A stretch of DNA of 24,337 nt from Cyanophora paradoxa CCMP329 (Eukaryota > Plantae > Glaucophyta), in contig QPMI01000147.1 of assembly GCA_004431415.1 (NCBI GenBank), forward strand, positions 1-24,337, in the 5' to 3' direction. Below, in pieces: positions 9,555 through 20,920 of this stretch (the stretch's first letter is position 1; each line of letters starts with the position of its first letter). The notes beneath the pieces are model-generated. The model had not been told where the DNA came from. It was given only the letters and a program-made list of their open reading frames with translations, and made no database searches. The position numbers and the translations under genes are program-made.

Positions 9555-9883
9555 CTGCAGCGTGCAGCTGCAAGTACTACTGTAGGATTGCTTTTTAGCC
9601 GATGTTTAAATTGCCGTATATTGCCGAGAGGCGGAATTCGGCAATTTTAAACCACGGCATTCTCAGGGGTAGAGCTAAACGACCGATTTGTATGGCGCCA
9701 TAGAAGAAATCCAGAGTTTCGGCAATTTATCGTCACGGCAATTCTGGTTTTTGTCGAATTCGGCAATTTAACTACGCGGCAATTTAAGCATTCTACAGTA
9801 GCAGGCTAGTACTTGCAGCGTGCAGCTGCAAGTACTAGCAGGCTAGTACTTGCAGCGTGCAGCTGCAAGTACTAGCCTGCTAC
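9555..9883. repeat. Array of a 37-bp palindromic unit (partial unit, 2 full units, inverted end), interrupted by a MITE
   Basis: Unit TAGCAGGCTAGTACTTGCAGCGTGCAGCTGCAAGTAC at 9799-9835 and 9836-9872, a partial unit at 9555-9579, then TAGCCTGCTAC. Confidence 0.9.
9580..9798. mobile_element. MITE (~219 bp) with TA target-site duplication (Tc1/mariner-type)
   Basis: TA|CTGTAGGATTGCTT ... AAGCATT(C)CTACAG|TA; 13/14 TIR match in copy 2; about eight CGGCAA(T) motifs inside. Excision regenerates the neighbouring 37-bp unit exactly. Confidence 0.82.
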
Positions 9884-10060
9884 CGCGGCCGCGGTACCGC
9901 CGGTGGTTCCAATTGCAACAGGCTACTAGTAGTAATCTAGTACTACGGTAGTACCGGCGCGGTACTCTCGAATCTCGATCAGACACTGAGACTCTGATGA
10001 GACTCGGAGAGTCTCAGTCTGTGACTACCGTGTAACACATAATACTGGACTCACTTAATT

Positions 10061-10223
10061 AACAGAGTCCTAAATTAACAGACCGAAAATTTGACACAGT
10101 CTGTTAATTTGGACTCTGCTAATTCCTCTTGTTCAGACGTCCCATACAAATTGATACAATCTAACCCCAAGATTACCGCCCATACAAGCCAAATGTTTCA
10201 GTCTGTTAATTTGGGACTCTGTT
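10061..10223. mobile_element. Second MITE-like/foldback element (~163 bp) with ~28-33 bp TIRs and an extra internal arm
   Basis: AACAGAGTCCTAAATTAACAGACCGAAA (10061-10088) matches the reverse complement of TTTCAGTCTGTTAATTTGGGACTCTGTT (10196-10223) at 26/28. A third inverted arm lies at ~10097-10124. No clear TSD. Confidence 0.6.
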
Positions 10224-11054
10224 CGAAGCACTTCGTCGCTTCGAACCGGCGCGCATCGCCCGCAAGGGGGTACCCCCGCTGCAGCGCGGAATCTATATCG
10301 ATATCGCCTTCTCTGCACCCTCCCGGCCCTACGCGCCTGAAGCTTGGCGCTTTCGAAGCTTGGTTGCGCCCGTAAGCTGCAGTCTCGGTCGCGGCCCACA
10401 GTTCGGCGCCGTTGTACCGGCTTGGCTTGCACACGAGCCAGCCCCGTAATTCTCAGTTATAATATATCGCGCCGCCACCTTAATTATTTTTATGCTGCGC
10501 GATCGCCTTTTCTTGTAATCTTATTTCATAAATTTTTAACCCTACTCCGTGGCACTCGGCACGGCCCCACACAGCTGGGGGGTACGGAGTAATACGCGCT
10601 CTGAGATGCATTGTAACCTTACGAATACCTGCTGCCAGAGCCTGCCACAGTGCCACAGTGCCAGTGTGCCACTGCGGCAGCGCTAGCTCGATCACGAGAC
10701 ACCGAGTCGCCATCATTGGATATCGACCGGACTCCGGGACGAAGTTTTTGTACGACCGCTCGGCCCGGCTCGAGCTCGGGCCGCTTAAGCTTGAGCAGGA
10801 GCTCGCCATACCGTAGTACCGCCATGATACCGGTATACCGCCGGCCGGTATACATATACTTATACGTATACGTATATCATTCAAGAGTCCTGCAGCTGCA
10901 GTACTTTGGCTCAGCGGCTAGCCTAGTAGCTCAGCTGCGACTGCTTAAGCTTTAGCATGCGTAATTAAATATAAGCCCTGACTCAGCGAGGACATTACCG
11001 TAGTACGATCGCAATCGGCAGCGACCGCCGGCAACGAGCTCGAGACGTGTACGT

Positions 11055-14000
11055 ATGTTCACGCGTACGCGAGCGCATATGCACACATATGGATATCGTG
11101 CGGGCGTACGCGTAGCTGCAACAGCGTATGCCCTCACGATCGGGCTCTTTGTGCTTTTCGGAGTTGGGTTCGGAGCTGGGGCGTCTGATCATGACAGCAC
11201 GATCGCCGCCGGGTCGATCAAAGGTACGTCTATCGCCGGGCGTATATAGTTCCGAAGTTTGAGTGGTGGTCGATATCGCTTGTAACCGCGTTGATCTGAG
11301 TCGCTTGTAACCGCGTTGATCTGAGTGCCTGACCATGGCCTCCCGGCCCGGGCTCATGCATGATGACGGCCGCCCGATATCGATCGCGAAGTTCCGATTG
11401 CGAGCCTAGGCCGCCGGCCTTCAAATTCAGAGCCTGCGAATTCGAATGCCAATCCATTCACATGTCCATTTGGCGCGCAGTGAACCGCGTGTCGCTGGGG
11501 ACGTTCAAGCAGCTGGCCATGGTGGCGAGGGCTTCTTTGTTTCGTCACGTCGCCGCAGACAATGCGGTGATCGCCGCTGTTGGCGACCTCGCCGACGCCA
11601 ACACAACCAAAGACTCGTATCTCGTGAAGGTAAGTTCTTACAATCTAAATCTTACGATAAGATCGTCGGGCTCGTTAATATATAATTACTAGTACTAGTT
11701 AATATTACTGCAACCAACGTCGACTCGCTGCCATATATATGTAGTCGCTGGGTCGATCGGTGACATCTAGATCTCGATTGTTACCAATGAAACGAATTGA
11801 CCTATAATATTGATGCATAATGAAATAAACGTTTGACCGATAATATTTAATAATAATGCAGCTCGCCCCCCCGACATGGACGGAAGTCGCCCTCCAGTCG
11901 CGGGAGCTCGGCCTATCGCTGCTCGAGGGCGAGGGAAAGCCGCTACAGAAGGGAGCGATGAACTGTACTGTCGATTCAGACGGTTCGCGCTTTAATCTAA
12001 AAACATGAACGGTCGGTACGGTACTGGGAATTCGAACTGCTGAGCGTGAGGCTTGCGCGAAGGCCGGTACGCATATTTCGCGAGCGCTCGGGAAGTCATC
12101 CAGGTCGACATCGCCACGCTCTTGACGACTGCCAAATTCTCCCTCGACGAGGCGAGCCGGCTGCATGATTACCGTGTCGTCAGCATCCACTCTGCCGCGA
12201 CAGCGTACGTTAACGTTGACCTTTCCGTGCACGCATACAAATACAAATTAATGCAACCTGTATATATACTCAATCTTTTCATATCAAAACTTTCGATTCT
12301 TGCATGCATATGTACAAGTGCTTGCGCCACAAAGTTAAATTTCAGCAATCCGCATTCGCGATCGTGCCGCAGTGCACGTGCCCGGGCATTAAATTTTACA
12401 TCAATCAATATTAATCTCCACATCGTTGACCACCCTTCCTTGCAGGTGTACGTGTGGCGTCGCGGCGGCTGGACTCCCGGAACGCCGATCGCGAGGGCTT
12501 GAGCGCCCCGGCCGCGTTATCCGCCTAAGCACTGCGACAGCTCCTCTGGTGATGAACCCAAAGCGCACCCTGCTGGGTGCCGGCCCTGGCCTCCTCCCCG
12601 TGAGTCAGGCCGTCGACCTCGAGCTCGGCCGTCCCCGCGCGTCCGTTCTCGCGCCCACCGCGGGCCTTCTTTTCGTCGCTACGGACGGCCTTGGGGCCCG
12701 CGCCCTCCGCCTTGACGATCTCTCCGCCCATGCCGACGTTCCTCGTATCTCGGGTGGCAGCAACACAGTCCAAGGCCGTACAGCGGCGCAGTGGCTGAGT
12801 CAGTCGGCCGTCTCTACTTCCTCTCGCTGCCAACCCCGTCAAGATGTGCGCTCCGTGCCGGACTTCTCCGTACGCGCGAGGCAGCACGCGCGCGGCCTCT
12901 TCGCCAGCAATGAGGAGTCCGCCGACTTCTGCTCTAACTGCGACGGCGCGACACGTCTGCTTCCCGTGGGCAGGCGTGCGGCGCCTGCCCACGCCGCCCC
13001 GCGCTTCGCGATCGACAGGCGGACGGCGTTGTTCGATCGCGAAGAACTCGAGCTCGAGGAGCCTAGGCCTGCGCATGATCACTCCGGCGCTGCGAGGGGC
13101 CCGGGTGCGGTCGATCGCAACAGCCACAAAGCTACATGCATTGTGGTGGATATCTAGACGTAATATAATGCTCGTTTCCCGCAGTCGGCGACTCTTCTTC
13201 CGGAGACGCAATTGCAAGACCAATTGCAAGCTCCCATGGCCATCGAGCTCGCGCCCGCGGCGGACGCTCGCGGAGGACTCGCGCAACGTTCTTGTGACCC
13301 TCTTTCATTTTGAGGCGTCGGATTCCTTGTAAGATAAGAAATACACATATAGAAGATATCATCTATAATTATATTTTCTGATCGTGAGATCGCGCCAGCC
13401 TGACCATGTGGCGCAACGATACGTACCGTGCGGAGCTTCCGGTGTGCACGTGCATGCGCATGTTTCCGAATTCGAAATCCGCCTTCACATAGATGCATAC
13501 GAGATGCATACGTATATACCATGATATGTTCATATTTAAATTGATTATTCTTCGGCTTTTCCGCCTCGAGCTCGAGCTCGCAGGTCGCGGCTCCGTCGAC
13601 GTCGTCAACAAACATGCCGGCGCCAGTCGTTTTTTTCTCTTGCGCGACTGTCATCCCAGGCGCCAACGCTGCGCCAACCGATGCGCGGGCGTATGCCATC
13701 GTTCCTTCGGAGCAGGGGGCAGGTCTGCATGCGCACGGGCGTCCGCGCTGAATTTGTGGCGTCTATTAACTCTCGCATACACAGCCATCGCGGCGTTCAC
13801 GCTGTTCCCCACGTTTGCGATCGCGAGCGACGGCCTCGTCGGCCCTGCGATATCGATTGCGAGCGACAGTCTTTCGAATTCCGAGGTCCTTCAGGTGCGC
13901 TAGGATATTGGCGCCGGCCTAGATTTTAAACTGCTGCATCGCGGCCTTTTCGAATATATACTGATCACGTGCACGTACACGGCCGCGTTGGCTGCGCGCG

Positions 14001-16889
14001 ACGACATCGGATCAGGTGGTTCGCAGTGGGCCAAGCACTAGCGGATTCTCGAGCTCCGTGATCATCGGCCTTCCTGGCGTCCCGCCCGCACCAGCCGGTG
14101 CTCCGCCACCAGGCAATGTTCCGCCCCAGATGGCGCTCCGAACGCATCCCCCGTGGGGCCACCTATTACCCCAGCCCGTCACCGATATCGATGGCTAGTC
14201 CTTCGCCCAGCCCGTCACCGATATCGATGGCTAGTCCTTCGCCCAGCCCGTCGCCGTCATCGACACCCTCGCCCACCCCAGCCCATGTCTACCCACGCCA
14301 TGCAAGCAGTGCTCAGCATTCTCATACAGCAATCCGGGAGCAAACTCTGGAATGTACTGCAACAATTGTCTTGCCAACGGGATTCTGCCCACCTGCGAGC
14401 CCTGCTTTCAGTGCAGGCGATGCGTGCTTTGCCCAGTAGCTAGTTCGCCTTGTGCACTGGCGGGCGTCGTCGCGAACGCAGAGGGCTTCGCGGAAGCGCT
14501 GATCATGAGAACAACGTTAGCACGACCTCGACCTTGTCCGCCAAGACGCATGCCGCCGACGCCGCGCGTTCGACCTTGCAAAAATCGAAATCTGTACATG
14601 TATCCAGCCGGAGCCTTCTCCAGGTTTTGGATCCGACACCGTCTACGTGTGTGATGACCACCAGCCAGGATACGTACGAGAACTATCCAGACCTACTGTG
14701 CCCCTACTCGATCTACTGTAGGGATGGCTTCGAAAATATAAGAGCGTTATCTGAGCTTATTGAATTTGAGAATGCCTGCTTTGCTGTTGGACTGATGGTA
14801 ATCGGCGCTCCATGCTCAACGTCGACTCCTCCAAATCCGGTGTCGGTCGCAAGAGCAGAGGTCCTGGCCATATGCATGGATCGACACCGATTTCTACACA
14901 CTTAGTCAACAGTACAAGTTCGAAAGTCGGGTTCGCAGACCAACTTCGACGTCGATACGCCCTCGCAGCTTCGAAGGCGAGCGCGTGCTCCGGAGACGGC
15001 TGCCCACATGCACTGCTTGTTCAATTCTCACTGGGAGGTGCGCTGCAATTGCGACCGTCCTTCCGCGGCGTCGGCCGCGTGGCTTACTGGAGCTCATGAT
15101 CAACCCGCGCACAAATGCACGTACGCTGGCAATGGCCACCGCCTGCACAGACCTCTGCTGCAAGTCGTGTGCGCCACATTTATATCCTGTGCAGATATAT
15201 AGCTGCTGCACGCGTACGCCTTATCCGCTTCCAGCTGCAGACACCAAGCTCGGCCCGATCCTCCCGCGAATACGAGCTCCCTTCGCGGCACAGTGAAGCG
15301 ATACATTCATGTTGCGGGCTCAGGCTCCCTTTTCGATACCAATGACCGCGCCCTCGCTCTTTATATCGGCGGCCAGCGCGTCTCCGACCTCGAGCTCACG
15401 GCCTCCGCAAATATGCTCAGCTTCACAATTGCAGCACCCGCAGAGAATCCCTTCAACACCCTCGCTGTCGGTTAGCACGTTTACATGTGCGATCGCGATT
15501 CCATCGACTATGAATCTTGAACGCTGGTGCACGCGCGCAGAGACGCCCTACGACGTCTTGCTGACGACGTCCTGCGGAAACTTCACGCTGCCCAAATCGT
15601 ACGTCTTCTTCCTGCCGTCGGGCACCGAAAGCCGGCTCCAAGTCGTCGGCGTGTACAAGCGGGTGCCCGCCAAGAGTTCGGAGAAAGTTTTTATCCGCTG
15701 CACTGTGCGCCAATATATTAATTCCAATGATGCATATGACTTCAGCCTCGCTATTGTGTACGATAATAACGTTGCGAGTCACGTGCGTGGCCACGTTCGC
15801 CGCGCGCAGGGCTGCAACTTCGATTCCTCGGATGCGATCGAAGTGTACCTTCAGCTCCCTGACAAGAGCAGCAAGGGCTGGCAGGTGGCTGGCTATAGGG
15901 GCCCCGAAAGGACGTGCGGGATGAGGGCAAAGAATGCCACCGTGGCGTCCTCTGAAATGGTCGATTTTGCATCGCCGGAGTTCACCAGCGAGTGCATCAG
16001 GAACAACGTTGACCTCGAGGTCCGCCGAGCCATCCTACAGGGATTTTCGGACCAGCGCGCCCTTAACACCCGCTACGGTGCGGCATCCGGTCGATGTCCG
16101 ATAACGTTGAACTACACTCATGACCATTCTATTTATCCATTTCGAGCAGACGTCGTTCTGATTTCGGCCATCCAAGGACCCTTCGTGCTCTCTGACGTGC
16201 GCTGCACATTCGTGCACCGCGGCTGGTGATAGCCTGTATTTGATGCTGCCGAGTCTCCACGGCAGGCTTTTGAATGGTTTGAGAGCGTGCCCGTTGAGGG
16301 TCCGCCCAGGCTCCGTTCCAGTCGTTCGAGAAAAGCGTGAGCGCGTTCCGGTCCCAGCCAATTCAAATTCCGAACGCCTTGAAGGCTCCGTGTATTCACG
16401 CCGCTCCGTCGGCAGAGCATGCCCGATTACGGTCTGGCGGTGATCATTCCGGTCGCGCTCGGCGGCTGCCTTGTCGCACTCGTCGTCTGCCTTGTCGCGG
16501 CGTGCACGTACATGCGCCGCTGGCGCCGCCTCCCCGACTTTACCGACGTCCGCATCTCCTTCGAGGAGATCGCCCCGCGGCTCGACGCCTCACGTGTCGC
16601 GGTGGCGGTGGCAAAGTCGCTGAAGGCGCCGCGCGTCGCGGCGGTCGGTGTCGACGTACGCGTCAGGCCTGCAGCTGAGGGCGAGCCGCACTCGGTCATC
16701 GTTCGCGTGCACGACGTGCAGCATCGGTCGACGGGCGAGGTCCGCCACGTGAAAAAGGAGCTCGCATCGTGGGCGGCAAATGTCAGCCCGGGCCTGACGA
16801 TGACCGGCTGCCGCGTCCGATCGATTGAGACGCTCGGCTTCCGGAGCAATGATATTGACAAAGAAGTCGACCTCGTCGTTTCAATCTAG
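11055..16889 (+). CDS. Large multi-exon type-I membrane (cell-surface) protein: signal peptide, beta-propeller-like region, (SP)n linker, Cys-rich region, IPT/TIG domain, TM helix, ~125 aa tail
   Basis: Phase-consistent first exons 11055-11223, 11481-11629, 11862-11982, 12063-. Hydrophobic N-terminus AYALTIGLFVLFGVGFGAGA. Propeller-like strands VDSDGRYAYFASAREVIQVDI, PGRVIRL and GLLFVATDG. SPSPSP linker at ~14170-14285. CxxC-rich segments CKQCS..YCNNC..TCEPCFQC, PTCTACS and ACTDLCCKSC. IPT-like IHVAGSGSLF..LYIGGQRV..NMLSFTIAAP..|ETPYDVLLTTSCGNFTLPKSYVF (intron 15471-15540). TM LAVIIPVALGGCLVALVVCLVAACTY (16434-16511) followed by RRWRR. Several internal frameshifts, probably read errors. Confidence 0.75.
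11276..11325. repeat. Perfect 25-bp tandem duplication in an intron
   Basis: TCGCTTGTAACCGCGTTGATCTGAG x2. Confidence 0.92.
14170..14252 (+). repeat. 36-bp coding tandem repeat (PSPSPISMASPS) x2.3
   Basis: CCCAGCCCGTCACCGATATCGATGGCTAGTCCTTCG at 14170 and 14206, plus a partial third copy. Confidence 0.9.
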
Positions 16890-17332
16890 CTTCCCGCTGA
16901 CGAATATTAATCTGATCTGATGATCACGATCTGTTTTTAGGTCGTACACGTCTTGACCGGTGAACAGAAACGTCTTGCCCGGATTTAATTTCTTCTAATC
17001 GGACGTTTCCCCACGTCGTACGGACGAGTACGTAGCTAATACCGAAATATACAAGCGAGTCCTTGCGGAGCAGGAGTGGTTTTTGGGTATTGGGGCTGCA
17101 AGGCGCAAGGGTAGCTGCTTAGTGGTTTTTAATGGGGGCCTTCCCGGCCGCATGGCTCGAATGCCTAGCTATAGGGTGGGGGGGCGCGCACCGGCGAGCG
17201 GGGGAGGCCATGGCGCGCGCCGCGATTCAGCGCTTCCACGGATTCACGCTCGGGCGCGCGGATGTGGCGGCGTGGGCAGAGCCGAATGAAGAGAGAGGCC
17301 GGAGCGAATCAAGAACCAGTTTTCCGTGGAGT

Positions 17333-18097
17333 CGAACCTTGGGGGACACTGGGACAGGGCGTGTGTACGAAACCGCTGGATCAATTACGCCGTGCGCGCT
17401 TTATCGTCTACATCACTTCTATATATATCTGAATTGCAAAGCATTCACACTATTTTACTGGCTTGAGTTTTTGAATGCTGCTGGCAGAGGCCGGGTCTGC
17501 GTGCGGGCCCTTGGACAAATGCCGAGGTGAAGCTGCTCGTAGCTCTGCGACGCTATTTCGGGAATCAGTGGACGGTCATCGGCTTCTGCCTCAGTAAGCG
17601 ATTGATCATGATTATGCTCATCAAGATCATGGTCATCTGAAAACAAAGGCTCACGGAAATCTCACGCGCACCGTCGATGCCCAGATCGCGGTCCGAAGCA
17701 TGTCGCTCGCAAGATCGAAAAGATCGACGAGGGGGCTCATCGCGAGGACGACGGTGTGGACGGAAGCGATTGCGGGTGGGAGGAGGGCGAGGGCGAAGGC
17801 GGAGACAGCGACGAGGACACCGGGAGCGACGGGAGCGACGGCGACGGCGGCGGCGTCGGCGGTGGCGGCGGCGGCGGCGGGAGTGCCAAGCCCCCCAACC
17901 TTCTGCCGCACTCCTTCCTGCAGCTCTTCCGCGACGCCGGCATCGATCCTCCAGCAAGCGCCGCAGCGACCGGCCAGCTCATGCACGGATCCGGATCCGG
18001 ATCCGTAGCGGGCCCGGGATTCCAAGAATTTGAAGACGGGGTGAGCTCGAGCAATTTGATGCGCAGGCGCAACAGGGGCGCTGTATATCAGCTCTGA
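17333..18097 (+). pseudogene. 5'-truncated copy of the Myb gene (starts mid-exon, inside the first Myb repeat)
   Basis: Begins at ..N L G G H W D R A C V R N R W; the exon's splice acceptor and all upstream exons are missing. Confidence 0.75.
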
Positions 18098-18288
18098 ACG
18101 CTAAAATGAATATTGCGCAGTCGCGCAGGGCCCCGAGCTCTGCTCGGGCTTCAGGAGCTCGCGCGCCCACAGCGCCGGCGCCTGCGCCCGCTGGCATGCG
18201 CACCCGGCAGGTCTGCACCTTCACCGCGAAAACGCTTTGCCTTCGATTAAAACTATATATTCGTGTTCGGATTTCGCAGCGGGGATTG

Positions 18289-20636
18289 ATGTCCATGTCC
18301 GCCGGCGCCGGCTCGGACTCGGCCCTGCCGCAGCAGAAGCGGCCGCGCGACGAGTTCGACTTCGACGGTACGGACATTGATGAAGCACGCATACGCTCGC
18401 CAGCAGGTGCGAAGCCTCTAATTATAAGTCATCAATTGCAAAGGACTGCAGACAAGTATTATATTGACGAAAATTGACGCCACCGCAGAGTCTCGCGCGA
18501 AACTCCAGCGTACAGCGGACAGCATGCGGACGAATACTTCAAATTCTAAAGCACCAGTGGACAGCATGCGCTGCAGCTGGGGACCCGGAACCACCACGCG
18601 GGAGGCGGCCAAGGCCCCGGCACGGCGGAAGCGCCCGGCGCGGCCTGCGAGCCAGCCCCTCGCCCCCGTCGCCCCTCCGGCGCCCTGCGCCCGCGCTCGG
18701 CATGGCCAGCCGCATGCGCAGCAGCAGCATGCATACACTCGGTGCGCCTAATTATAAATCGGCCTCGATCTTCGCCTCGAGCTCGACGTCGCTCGCTTGC
18801 ACATGTACATGCGCGCCCCGCGTACGCGTGCCGTCGACCGCGCGCTTGCAGCTCTGAGCGGGAGAGCCACTACTGCGACTTCGAATCCGGCTCGAGCTCG
18901 GCCCGCAGGTGGTTTTTGCTTTGTTCTGATTTCCGCTTACTTCTAAACTCCTCATAACTTTATACTCCACAGACTGTGGCTCGCGACCGCGGCCGGCAGC
19001 AGCAGCAGCAGTATGCGTATGCTCAGTGCGCCTGCACAGGACTAGAGCTCGGCCTCGAGCTCGGCGTTGCTCGCTTTCCCTTCTGCGCCCCGTCTGATCA
19101 CGCGCTTGCAGCTCGGGGCGCGAGAACTACGTACACTACGAAGCCGACGGCGCCGCCGGATCCAGCTCGAGCTCGGCCCGCGGCCGCATGCGCAGGTGTG
19201 CTTCGCCCGGCCCTGTTTCAGTTCCCCTTAAGCTTCCTAGCTATAGCTGCAAATGCGCGTTTAAGCCTTTGACCTTAATCATTAAGCTTTTCGCTTTCCG
19301 CTTTCTGGTCTCACGGTGTCGCTCATTAATATAACATTCCGGCACCAGCTTCAGACTGGAGCGCCAGTCCCTTCGGCGCGGCAATTCTCCGCGAAAATCG
19401 ACATCCGCCGCGAGTTCGAAGGACCGCGGCCCCGGCTGCTGTGCCTCCGTTCATGGCCATGCAAGCCGAGCTAGTCGTCCATGGCCAAGCACAGGTGTTA
19501 TGGATTATAATTACTTATCGTTGTTCTTGATTTTACAAGCTCTTGATCTTCTTCCGTAATGCATACAGACCCGCAGATACCTCAGACTGCACACGCAAAG
19601 CACCATTCGCCAGGAATGCATCCGAGCAGACACAGGTATTCAACGTTCCGAAGTTCGCTTTCTGAATTCCGCATGCGCAGGCCTTCTGACGATTGGTTCG
19701 GTCGCCGGGGAGCGCAGATGCAAGGGGCGAAACTCGAAAATGTCATTGAGCTTTCTTCCGACGACGAAGCCAGCACGACGCCAGCCCGCGCACGCCAATT
19801 GCAATGCCCAACGTTAACTTTGAACAGCCACAAATTCAGTCCGGGTGCGAGGATATCGATTATAATTAGCGTTCGACAATCAAGTCCTCAGTCCAGTCTG
19901 GCTCTGACTAGGCGCCGTACCGACGTTTTTCGCAGACTGGGGTAAAGCGAGAGCCCGCGGACGATTGGGAGGGCGCGCGGGCGCCAGCTGCAGCCCCCGC
20001 GGCCGGCGACGGCATCTGCATCAAGCAGGAGGGCCGGGGCCTGCAGCTGCAGCCCGGGCCTCCGAGGCTCGCAGAAGCAGACGCGGGGCGCGCCCACGGC
20101 CAGCGGCGCCCGCGGTTCCAGCGGGTGCCCGTGGAGGGGTGGTGCCCGGGCGACGTGCGCGAGTTCCTCGTGTCCACGTGCGGCCTGCGCCCGGAGTGCG
20201 TGCAACGCCCCGACGCCTCAATTCAGCTTTAATATCAGCTTGACTTACGCCTGCTGCCTTAAGAAGCCTGCTGCCTTAAGCTTGCTGGTTTATTTTGACT
20301 TAAGCTTGCTGGCTTCATTATAAGCTTGATTTCGGCTTGAAGTAGAATCGTCTATCGTTTCAGCTCGAATTAAATTCATCTGGTCCATATTTCAGCTTGA
20401 CTTCAGTTTGACTTGATTCGTCTGTTATTTCAGCTTGACTTGACGGCAGGACCGCGGAGGCGTTCCGGCAGATCGACGGGAGGGAGTTCGCGGCGCTCGC
20501 AGGGGGCCGGGGGCGGCTCCGGGGCCAGATGGAGCGGCTGCTCGAGCAGACGGCGGAGTTCGCGGCACCGGCGGCCTCGGAGACCGACCGGACCGCCCAT
20601 GCCTTGAAAATCCTCGTCGCCCTCGCCGCGCTGTAG
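18289..20636 (+). CDS. Second copy of the SIM/SAM-domain gene
   Basis: Duplicate of 4289-6608; intact GT donor at 20196, stop at 20634-20636. Confidence 0.66.
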
Positions 20637-20920
20637 GACCACACACGCGCGGAGCAGAGTGGCTGAGCAAGCTCGAGCAAGCACGGGCCTGGCCCCCGGC
20701 TAGCTGGCTTGCCTATCGCTGCGGCTGCACCCCTCTTGACGCTGTGTACTCCGCTCCGTTTCGTCACTGTGTACATGTTTCTCATTATTCAAAGATTCGT
20801 ACTAGCACGTGCACGGTACCGATCCGCGACCGGGGGCGCCCGACGTTCGTTGTGTTTCATCGCTGTGTAACAACGGAGTTTCTCATTATTTATTATAATT
20901 TTGCAGGCGGGGCGATATAG

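Larger units (their letters stand above)
3334..10269 (+). repeat. Long direct repeat, copy 1 (~6.9 kb visible)
   Basis: Near-identical to 17333-24337 from CGAACCTTGGGGGACAC onward; offset 13,999 at the start. Confidence 0.97.

Noticed and set aside
9799-9883. CRISPR-like array (37-bp palindromic repeats)
   Set aside because: The units abut with no spacers, there are no cas genes and the context is eukaryotic. The only interruption is a MITE.
9994-10017. Hammerhead ribozyme (CTGATGA followed by stem GACTC-GGA-GAGTC)
   Set aside because: The required GAAA after stem II is absent (TCAG instead). The stem is explained by the surrounding inverted repeat.
10642-10680. TGCCACAG short repeats as telomeric or regulatory repeats
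   Set aside because: Only 2-4 degenerate copies and no known telomere motif; treated as a simple microrepeat.
17293-17332. HDAC-like ERPERI peptide in frame with the truncated Myb exon (possible fusion gene)
   Set aside because: An in-frame TGA lies just upstream (17287-17289) and there are no other HDAC motifs; too short to support.
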